Positions 54,515 to 64,000 of a DNA stretch of 64,000 nucleotides are shown in pieces. Every line of letters starts with the position of its first letter. The first letter of the stretch is position 1. The translations under genes were made by a program, and so were the position numbers. The DNA is from Octopus vulgaris (lineage: Eukaryota). The stretch is from contig OX597815.1 in the NCBI GenBank assembly GCA_951406725.2, forward strand, positions 70,432,001 to 70,496,000, read 5' to 3'. The notes under the pieces were generated by a model, which saw only the letters and a list, made by a program, of their open reading frames with translations, had not been told where the DNA came from and searched no databases.

Positions 54515-55508
54515 CACAGCGAAACGTTTGGTGAGGAAATGACCAGTGAGTGGTCAACTCGAAGATGGTCTAAACGATTTCGCAGTGGAGACCTGAGCCT
54601 TGAAGATCGTGAGCATAGTGGACGCCCATCTGTCATTGATGACGGTCAATTAAAGACCGTCATTGAGAAAGATCCACGTAAAACCACTCGAGAAAACAGC
54701 CTGCAACCATTTGCATGCGATCGGAAAGTCAAAAAAGCTCAACAAATGGGTACCACACGATTTGAATGAAAATCAGAAAATGTGCAGATATGAAATTTGC
54801 TCATCGCTTCTTCTCCGTAATCAGACTGATCCATTTCTCGACCGTATTGTAACTTGCGATGAAGAGTGGATTCTGTACAATAATTAAAAAAGCGTTCTTC
54901 GCAGTGGTTGGACCAAAATGAAGCGCCGAAAACCTTCCCAAAACCCGAGCGCTTCAAAAAGAAGGTTATGGTGACTGGTGGTATACTGCTGGACCCATCC
55001 ACTATAACTTCTTAAAACCGGGAAAACCCATTACTGCAGAAACATATTGCTGTGAAATTGCCAAAATGAACGAAAAACTGCTACTCCTCCGTCCCAGACT
55101 GGTCAACAGAAGAGGGCCAATCATTCTTCATGACAATGCTCGACACACGTTTCACTAATTACGCTCCAGAAGTTGAGGAAACTTGGCTACGAAGTTCTTC
55201 CCCACCCAGCTTATTCCCCAGATCTTTCTCCTATAGACTACCACTTTTTCAAGCACCTTGGTGGTTTCCTACGAGAGGAGTTCAAATATTAAACCGATGC
55301 TGAAAGTACGTTCAAAGAATTCATCAGCTCCAGAACTCCAGAACTCCAGATTTTTATGTTGCCGGAATAAACAAACTTGTAACTCGTTGACAAAAGTGTG
55401 TTGATTGTAATGATACTTACTTTAATGAAGAAAAATTTCTGCATTGTTGAAATACATTGTGATGAATTTCATGTTTCAAAACGTTGCTTACTTTTTACTC
55501 AGCCTGAT
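54515..55508 (+). mobile_element. 5'-truncated mariner (DD34D) transposase pseudogene with right TIR
   Basis: RRWSKRFRSGDLSLED, WVPHDL, RIVTCDEEW, ILHDNA, HPAYSPDLSP.DYHFF. TIR GCTTACTTTTTACTCAGCCTGA-TA. Confidence 0.9.
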
Positions 55509-55850
55509 ATATATCTATGTTTGTATAATTACAATCATTTTAACAAAATGATTGTAATTATATATTATTCGATTCAAAATTAAAATATGAATGTCATGCG
55601 AAATATATATTTTCAAATCAATTTGATAAGTGTCATGTACAAAAAGCACAGACCTTGAGTAATTTTTTTGGGCTTTCTGCCGATTATGCTTTAAACACAA
55701 TTCAGCTTTAAAAGCATCTGCTATGGACGAAAAACCGTGCATATCCATTAAGTATGTCACATTGTTTACGCTAATTTAAAGTGGTTCAAACACGAATTCT
55801 AATTTTATTTTCCGTGTGCGACACTTTTGCCCGCCTGCAAATAGTTTTAC

Positions 55851-56017
55851 GCGCATGGCTGTGTGGTAAGAACCTTGCTTTCCAACCACATGGGCCCAGG
55901 TTCAGTCCCATTGCGTTGCACCTTGGGCAAATGTCTTCAACTAAAGCCTCGGGCTGATCAAAGTTTCCCTCTACCAAAGTAGATATGGTGGACAGAAACT
56001 GAAAGAAGCCCGTCGTG
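55851..56017 (+). mobile_element. SINE family B, 5' half
   Basis: Head and core as at 26221. The CR1 LINE begins in its internal (TA)/(GA) tract. Confidence 0.75.
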
Positions 56018-56052
56018 TATGTATGTATATATATATATATATAGAGAGAGAG

Positions 56053-56630
56053 AGTTGGCTTGCCGAAATGGCACATTGCTTCCCTTTCTTTATCCTTACC
56101 GAGACTCACCTGAACAACACCCATATGGACGCAGAGGTGAAAATAAAAGATTTCACCATTGTTCGTGCGGATCGCACAGACCGAAATAAGGGAGGGACAG
56201 CCATCTTTATCCATGACTCCTTTTCACTTGATGCCAAGGACACATTTTCCAATGGCTACTGTGAATCGGTATCAGTATACAACAAAGCCAAGGACATAAC
56301 CATTGTTGGTCTTTACAGGCCTCCCCAGGCACCTCTAAAGTACTTTGAAGAGTGCCTTAGCAAAGTCAAGTCCTTCCTTCGGAAGTACCACTCCGGAAAC
56401 ATAATAGTGATGGGTGATTTTAACCTCCCTCATGTGAACTGGCCCACAAATACTCCGAAGTTGGGCAAGTGCTCTACATCAGATAGGGCAGCAGCAGAAC
56501 TGCTCTTTAATCTGATGGATGAGTATTTCCTGACTCAGCTAGTGCTTGAACCAACGAGACAGAATAAAACGATCTTGGATCTGGTACTGACCAATCACTC
56601 TAGCTACGTTCACAGCATTTCAGTCGAAAA
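56053..56630 (+). CDS. LINE ORF2 APE endonuclease domain (N-truncated; frameshift at about 56628)
   Basis: LTETHL, RADR...GGTAIFI, GLYRPP, VMGDFNLP, EPTR..TILDLVLTN. SDH appears in the next frame. Confidence 0.8.
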
Positions 56631-56651
56631 ACTCTCCTCTCAGACCACGAC

Positions 56652-58940
56652 ATGGTACTCTGCAATCTTAATTCCCGACGTATAAAAACCAAACCAGCCA
56701 ATCCCACTCCATGGCACCCATTTGACAACATAAATTTCCACAAAGCGGACTGGGGAACAATCAGAAAGGATCTGTCTTCCATCGACTGGTCTTTTACTCT
56801 CAATTCCCCTCATATTGAGACCGCGTGGCAGCACTTTGAAACCATTGTCACCGACACATGCTCTAAACACGCTCCCAAGAAATCTACTAACACAAACAGA
56901 AACCGGCTCCCTAAAAAGAAAAAAACACTCATCAGGCGCATCAAAAGACTCAACAAAAAAATCAACCAATTAAAATATTCCCACACGCAACATCCACATT
57001 CAACAACAATGAAAAGACTAGAGCTGGAAAAACTTCATCTGCAGACTAACATGAAAACCTCCATTGAAAATCAAAGAGCTGTGGAGGAACAATGGGTAAT
57101 CAAAAACATCAAACAGAACCCAAAAGTGTTCTATTCTTATGCAAATAAGCATAGAACCACTGTCTCACCTATTGGGCCATTGATTGATGAAAACGGCATT
57201 CCCCAACACGATGCTAAAGAAATGGCAGAAATACTGCAGAAACAATATTGCTCTGTCTTCAGTGTTCCCACTGATATTGATGTGAGGGAAACGAACGAAG
57301 CTGACTCCCAACACAAAATCGCAGACATAACCTTCACTGCCACCGACATCGTAGCAGCAATAAATGAGGTCAAACATTACTCCGCTGTAGGCCCTGATAG
57401 ATTTCCCGCCAGTCTCCTGAAGGAATGTAGATATCAACTTGCAGTCCCTCTGACCAACCTCTGGAGAAACTCGTTAGACGCAGGTTATATACCGAAAAAG
57501 TTTCTATCCCAGTCGGTCATCCCGGTTTTCAAACAGGGAAACAGATCCCTCGCAGTCAACTATCGCCCAATCTCACTCACCTCCCACATCATTAAAGTGT
57601 TTGAAAGAGTGTTAAGATCAAGGATAGCTGACTTCCTGGAGACCCACAAACTCCTAAATTCAAATCAACATGGCTTTCGCTGTGGCAGGGACTGTCTAAC
57701 ACAGCTCTTACACCACATTGAAGATGTACTCAAAGCCTTGGGAACAGGTTCGAACTCTGACGTCATATACCTTGACTTCAGTAAAGCGTTCGACAGGGTA
57801 GACCATAACATCCTACTCTCAAAATTGGCAAATTTTGGAATCCGTGGAAAAGTTCTACACTGGATTCAGTATTTCCTAGCGAATAGAACACAACATGTTG
57901 TAGTTGATGGAGTCCACTCAAACCCAGCAAAAGTCACCAGCGGTGTTCCCCAGGGAACTGTTTTGGGTCCGCTACTCTTCATAATTTATGTAAACGACCT
58001 TTCCAGTGTCGTACATCACTGCAAAGTGAAAATATTCGCTGATGACACTAAGCTCCAGCAAATCGTCAATGAAGAAGCAGACCGAACTCAACTCCAGTCT
58101 GACCTATATGCTGTGAGTCAATGGGCAGACAGAAACAAAATGCAACTGAATGAGGGAAAATTTGAGCTGATGCATTTTGGAAGAAATTCCTCACTAAAAC
58201 AACCATACTCTCTTCCTTCAGGGGAACCGCTCACAGCCTCTAACAATATCAGAGACCTGGGTGTAATTGTTGATGACGATCTCAGTTGGAGCGCACACAT
58301 CAACAAGAAGGTCGATACAGCTCGTAGGATGAGTTCCTGGATCTTAAGAACTTTCCGGTCCAGAGAACAAGGTGTCATCATACCACTTTTTTCATCCTTT
58401 GTACGGCCACACCTTGAATACTGCTGCCCACTGTGGTCTCCTCACACAAGACAAAACATCTCCAGAATTGAGTCACCCCAGAGGGCTCTCACTAAACAAA
58501 TTGAAGGCATGGCTGCTCTCGACTATTGGGATCGCCTTAAAGCCTTGAAACTTTACTCCCTCCAGCGTCGCCGTGAGCGGTACATCATTTGTACGATGTG
58601 GAAAATATACCGCCAACTTTGCCCAAACGACCTAAACATTAGCTTCAAGGTTCATCCGAGACTTGGACCACGGGCTATACGTCCCCTGCCAAATTCAAGA
58701 TCACAACATACATGTACACTGCAACATAATTTCTTTTCCTCAACAGGCCCTGCCCTATTTAACATTGTCCCGAGGGAGATCAAAGAGGAAAAGGATCCCA
58801 TCAACTTCAAACAGAGTCTGGATAGATTCCTTCAAAGAATACCAGACAAGCCACCCATAATTGGATACAACTCACCCAACAAGAACTCACTACTTGAACA
58901 AAACTGGATACAACTCACCCAACAAGAACTCACTACTTGA
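56652..58940 (+). CDS. LINE ORF2 reverse transcriptase region (762 aa open frame)
   Basis: NYRPISLTS, NQHGFR, YLDFSKAFDRVDH, SGVPQGTVLGPLLF, FADDTKL, RDLGVIVD, VRPHLEYC. Confidence 0.92.
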   Translation: MVLCNLNSRRIKTKPANPTPWHPFDNINFHKADWGTIRKDLSSIDWSFTLNSPHIETAWQHFETIVTDTCSKHAPKKSTNTNRNRLPKKKKTLIRRIKRLNKKINQLKYSHTQHPHSTTMKRLELEKLHLQTNMKTSIENQRAVEEQWVIKNIKQNPKVFYSYANKHRTTVSPIGPLIDENGIPQHDAKEMAEILQKQYCSVFSVPTDIDVRETNEADSQHKIADITFTATDIVAAINEVKHYSAVGPDRFPASLLKECRYQLAVPLTNLWRNSLDAGYIPKKFLSQSVIPVFKQGNRSLAVNYRPISLTSHIIKVFERVLRSRIADFLETHKLLNSNQHGFRCGRDCLTQLLHHIEDVLKALGTGSNSDVIYLDFSKAFDRVDHNILLSKLANFGIRGKVLHWIQYFLANRTQHVVVDGVHSNPAKVTSGVPQGTVLGPLLFIIYVNDLSSVVHHCKVKIFADDTKLQQIVNEEADRTQLQSDLYAVSQWADRNKMQLNEGKFELMHFGRNSSLKQPYSLPSGEPLTASNNIRDLGVIVDDDLSWSAHINKKVDTARRMSSWILRTFRSREQGVIIPLFSSFVRPHLEYCCPLWSPHTRQNISRIESPQRALTKQIEGMAALDYWDRLKALKLYSLQRRRERYIICTMWKIYRQLCPNDLNISFKVHPRLGPRAIRPLPNSRSQHTCTLQHNFFSSTGPALFNIVPREIKEEKDPINFKQSLDRFLQRIPDKPPIIGYNSPNKNSLLEQNWIQLTQQELTT

Positions 58941-59051
58941 ACAAAACTTGACTTAAACAGGATTCGAATAATCCTATCAGGTGGTGCTATTAAGTTAGAC
59001 ATGGCCTGGACCAATCTCTGGTCGAAACATATCTAAGTTTTATCTAAGTTT

Positions 59052-59140
<89 letters not shown>

Positions 59141-59142
59141 AC

Positions 59143-59183
59143 TTACTTGGAAATGGATGCGTGGCGTTCAATGAAATAATGAT

Positions 59184-59221
<38 letters not shown>

Positions 59222-59856
59222 TATATATCCACACACACACATGCATATATGGGTACAGGTCGCCACCAACAGCAGACAACATGAAATACGAAAACAAATG
59301 AGTTCGATACGCAAGCAACGAGAGAAACAAATGGAAAACAGGACAAGTAACATAAAGAACGACCCTTCATTAGTTGTCGGCTGTCTATCTACTCCCCATT
59401 TCGAGCATTCAACGACAATATGAGTCTTCGAAGACAGTTGCTCCCATAAGTACCAAAATAAATTTGGAATTTATGGAGGATCAAAGTTGGGAACAAAAAT
59501 AGGACAGTGGTGACATACAAGGAATGTTAGACCAGAACGAGGGTAAAATAGTGAATGCTGGAGAAATATTTTCTTTGACAAGAGGAAAGATAGAAGAGAG
59601 AGATAGGATACGTCCAGTCCTGAAAGGAAAGAAAGATGATCACGTGAGGAAAAGAAAGATGGACAATGGTCACGTGTGAACAATGAGAGAAAGAACAGGA
59701 GAAAGAGGGGAGAGAGGGAGAACAGGAGAAAGAGGGAGAAAAAGAGAGAGACAGATAGAAAACGGTGAAGGGGAGAAAAACCGTATAGAGTCGCATCAAA
59801 AAGATTACGATAAAGTTACTGGGAAATGGATGCATGGCGTTCAATCAAATAATATA

Positions 59857-59951
<95 letters not shown>

Positions 59952-60320
59952 CACACACACATGCATGCATATATGAATACAAGACGTCACCAGCAGTAGA
60001 CAACATGAAATACGAAAACAAATGAGTTCGATACGCAGACAACGAAAGAAACAAATAGAAAACAGGACAAGTAAAATAAAGGACGACTCTTCATCAGCTG
60101 TCGGTTGTCTATCTACTCCTCATTTCGAGCATTGGACTGGCGGATCCTATCTCTCTTTTCTATCGTTTCTCTTGTCAAAGAAAATATTTCTCTCTTTCTC
60201 CCTCTTTCTCCTGTTCTCCCTCTCTCCCCTCTAACTCCTGTTCTCTCTCTTGTTGTTCACACGTAACCATCGTCCATCTTTGTTTTCCTCACTTAATCAT
60301 CTCTCTTTTCTTTCGGGACT
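59143..60320. repeat. (TA)n-associated direct + inverted repeat complex (Penelope-like terminal repeats)
   Basis: Direct copies 59143-59408 and 59816-60133. Inverted, rearranged copies 59563-59750 and 60134-60320. Confidence 0.65.
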
Positions 60321-61030
60321 GTCCTAAGGACTGGTCTATCCTATCTCTCTCTCTTCAAGGCGGTGCGCCATCATGGCCGCAGTCCAATGACTGAAATAAG
60401 TAAAAGATAAAAGACATGTTCATAAACACACTCACGCACACATATACACACACACGCGCGTTCATACATACACATATCTAAGATGAGGCCGATGCTTGAA
60501 ACACAAATTTCTTAAATCATATCAAAAATGGAGCCGTTCAGTAGATGCCCTCACTGACATAACTACCAACCGACATATGTAATCATTTCTCTGTGTCTCT
60601 TCTGCCCACCCTTTCATAATTGCTTCTGCTCCTCTGTATTTGCATAATACATTCCACTCAAATCCACCCGATATTTTGGCGTCTATTCGTTTCCATCAGT
60701 CCTGTGGTTTACACCCCTAATTTTCTCATTGAGCACTTTACTTAACTAACCCCAGTCACGCAAACTCTCTGTGAATCCCTAACACACACATGCACGTACG
60801 CACGCACGTACGCACGCACGTACGCACGCACGTACGCACGCACGTACGCACGCACGAGCGCACGTACGTACGTGCGCGCGCACACACACACACACACACA
60901 CATCTTTCTTTTCCAGTTATTTATTCTGCTGTAGTTCGTCCTGAATATAACTGTATCAACCTCACCATTTTGGAAGGATGTGCAGAGGTCATGAGTGCTG
61001 CTTCCTTTTTCAAATTAAATAAGAGAGATT

Positions 61031-61064
<34 letters not shown>

Positions 61065-61683
61065 GACAGAGAGAGAGGGTGAAAGAGGAGGAAGAGAGGA
61101 AAGGGAAGAGAGAAAGAAAGCGAGAGACAGACAGATGGAGCGGGCGAGAGAGAGAGAGACAGAGAGACAGAGAGTTCTTTTCACTATTTGTGCCATCAGA
61201 TTAAAAATCAGGAAAATGAACAATGCTCGTGACTCTAAAGATCCTCCGAAAGCTGGTATCATGGTGAGGGAGGTAACTACCTTTAAACCAGAGACCTGGC
61301 CTGAATGCTTCCAAAAAAGTGGACTCCGCTAAAGGCACTCAAACTAACCAATATGGCGGTGTTAAAGCGATCGATGAACAAAGTCTCCCATCAAACATTA
61401 AGTCCACCAACCAAAAACTGTTTAAGCAATCGAATCAAGAAATTGAAAATGCTAAGAGAATATCAATTTAATGAATTTGACGTAGTGGAAATCAATTGTG
61501 GGTGACCTGTCTGGTTGTCCGTAGGACAGAACGTTGGATAAGGGGATATAAATTTCATAATTTTATGTAATTTTCTTTCCGTTTCTTCTCGTTTAAAAAT
61601 CAATCTTTCGGAAGAATAGAGAATTGTTTTCTAGGGGCTGATAAGCATGAGAGTTTACCACATGTATATTCGCCGTAAATTGG

Positions 61684-61764
<81 letters not shown>

Positions 61765-62406
61765 CATCTGTTTGTCTGTCTGTCTGTCTGTCTCTGCCTA
61801 TCTATCAGGCTTTTGTATGTCTGTCAGTCTGTCTCAGTATGTTTGCGTGCGAGGGTGTAATGAATAAGTCATAAGCTAAAACGAATGTGGTACATTATAT
61901 AGATAAATAGAAAGATAGAAAAAAATGTGTGTGTGTGTGTGTGTGTAAAAACCAATGAAACTGGGTCAAGTTAAAATGTATACATACGTTCCACTATGTA
62001 TGAACGTTCCTACATACGAACGTACATACCTATCAGTATACATGCATACACACGCGATGAAATTAGGTCAGGATGTGCATAGGTGCGCATGAGGTTGTGT
62101 GTGTGTGTGTGCGCGCCATGGTGTGTATTCAGGTATACACGTACACGCCTAAAGTGGGAGTTACATGCATATATACAAACATATAGATATATAAAGATAT
62201 GGAAGTATGCGCGCGCTCATACACCTACAAACATTCACACACTCCATACAAACTTTAACCTCATCCAATTTCTTCGTATCGATTTAGAGACTGCGATATT
62301 GAACGCATTTAATATGCACCTAAATAGATAGTTTAAACATTATAGGTGAAAGAGAGGAAGAGGAGAATAGTGAGGTAGGTAGTTTGATGGATAAGTAGAA
62401 ACAGAG

Positions 62407-62445
<39 letters not shown>

Positions 62446-62549
62446 CAAAGGAAGTTGATAATAGAGATGGGGGATAAACAGATAGATAGATAGATAGATA
62501 GATGATAGATAGATAGATAGATAGATAGATAGAAAGACAGCCAGCCAGC

Positions 62550-62609
<60 letters not shown>

Positions 62610-62622
62610 TAGCCAGCCAGCC

Positions 62623-62700
<78 letters not shown>

Positions 62701-62768
62701 CCAGACAGACAGACAGATAGACAAATAGATAGATAGATAGATATATAGATAGATAGATAGATAAATAA

Positions 62769-62847
<79 letters not shown>

Positions 62848-63544
62848 TAAAGGCGATAAAGAAAACAGAGAGAGAGAGACAGACAGACAGAGATAAATGG
62901 ATGAGTGAGAAAAGAGAAGAATATTAAGTGGTGTACAAAGGGGGCGAACGAGACACGGGTAGATGTAAGAGAAAGATTTGGATATAAAGGAAATCTATAG
63001 GAGAAGGGTGGTCGAGATAAAGGAACAAAGGAAGAGGGGAGGTAAACAAATCGAGAGAGAAGGAAGAGAGATAAGAAAGAGACGTAAAGAGAAGATAGAG
63101 CAAACAGGAGGAGGAGCGAGAGAGAGACAGAAAGAGAGAGAGAAAGACTGAAAGAGAGAGAGAGAGAGGGAGAGAGAGAGAAAATGTGATTGTGTATTGA
63201 ACATAGGAAATGTGGAAACGCGAGAAATGATGTTTAACAGAGAGGAAGACGAGGGAAAAGGACGGGACAAGAGAAAGAGAAAGAAATACGGCAAAGAGAG
63301 AATGGGAGGCAGAAAAGAGAGTTAGAAGGGGAAGAATGAAGACGGAGAGGGAAGAGAGGGTGTCGGGGAAACGATGAAAAGACAGCGAAAGAGAAAAGAG
63401 AGAAAAAGGGATTAATACAAACACTTCATCAATAAATCAATAGTTTCTATATTGAATGAATAGAGAAAATAAAGATATAAAAACACCTGACATTATTCGT
63501 TTAGCGATAGTAAATCGGTTAAACTGCTCGGTGCAATGTGGCTG

Positions 63545-63770
63545 ACTTACCACAATGGCGGAGAGGAGTGGGGAAGTCAGGTGACTGAAAATATATTGGA
63601 CAACGAGTGATGATGGCGGAGGGAAGAGAAAATCACGGGTGATGGTTTGTAGAAACAGATAAAGGATGTCTAAACAGGAAGAATGCATACATAGATACGT
63701 ACGCGCGCGCACGCACACACACAAACAGTCATAGCAATCTTTCGAAATTTGTACATTTAAAATGGCGGGC
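63545..63770 (-). promoter_or_regulatory. Putative housekeeping promoter / first exon on minus strand
   Basis: Three CCGCCAT (YY1-type) motifs, polypyrimidine TCTCTTCCC start-like tract at about 63621-63632, GTG|GTAAGT donor at 63550. Confidence 0.35.
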
Positions 63771-63961
63771 AAAGTGAACCATTATATATATAATATGTGT
63801 GTATGTGTGTGTGTCTATGCGCGCGTGTTTGTATGAATGTGTGTATGTATTTTGAAGGGTGTTCATTCATGAATCCCCAAAAGGGACGAAAGCGCTAAAT
63901 ACTCTTTATCCAAATTCTGACTACCTTCTTTTTCTTTATATATATATATATATATATATAT

Positions 63962-64000
63962 ATGCTATTAAGTTAGACATGGCCTGGGCCAATAATGGCC
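63962..64000 (+). mobile_element. Extreme 3' end of a second CR1 copy
   Basis: TGCTATTAAGTTAGACATGGCCTGG matches 58984-59009. Confidence 0.7.

Larger units (their letters stand above)
56053..59050 (+). mobile_element. CR1-group LINE, 5'-truncated, near-intact ORF2
   Basis: APE endonuclease plus RT, 3' stem-loop and (ATCTAAGTTTT)2 tail, followed by (TA)/(TAGA)n. Confidence 0.95.

Noticed and set aside
58990-59040. CR1 3' hairpin followed by GAAA as a hammerhead
   Set aside because: Lacks CUGANGA; better explained as the LINE 3' recognition stem-loop.
61135-61505. Short ORFs resembling an exon
   Set aside because: Stops and frameshifts, no recognisable homology, no convincing splice pair.
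62924-63424. Ser/Leu/Phe-rich membrane-like ORFs (also 33508-33972)
   Set aside because: Reverse complement of GA-rich low-complexity DNA.

Overview
AT-rich, microsatellite-saturated eukaryotic DNA. The SINE families and repeat landscape point to a coleoid cephalopod, most likely Octopus (inference). The only clear host gene is an intronless replication-independent (H1.0/H1-delta-type) linker histone at 2793-3329. It has a readable H1-box/HINFP/Inr promoter and a poly(A) signal but no histone stem-loop. The rest is mostly retroelement and transposon debris: a nearly intact 5'-truncated CR1-type LINE (56053-59050), R4/Dong, RTE and Tx1/L1 fragments, an ORF1-only (HAL1-like) Tx1 derivative, at least four tRNA-derived SINE families, mariner, Chapaev3, hAT, piggyBac-like and TA-flanked MITEs, and three non-autonomous Helitrons. 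The most striking hidden layer is a dense set of non-coding, (TA)n-embedded elements, probably derived from Penelope-like elements (PLEs). They carry type I hammerhead ribozymes (two with intact cores, about ten degenerate, variant-core or half copies) and fold-back palindromes. A triplicated heat-shock-element/TATA module at 45.3-45.6 kb may belong to the same group. Most short ORFs in the supplied track are microsatellite artefacts.
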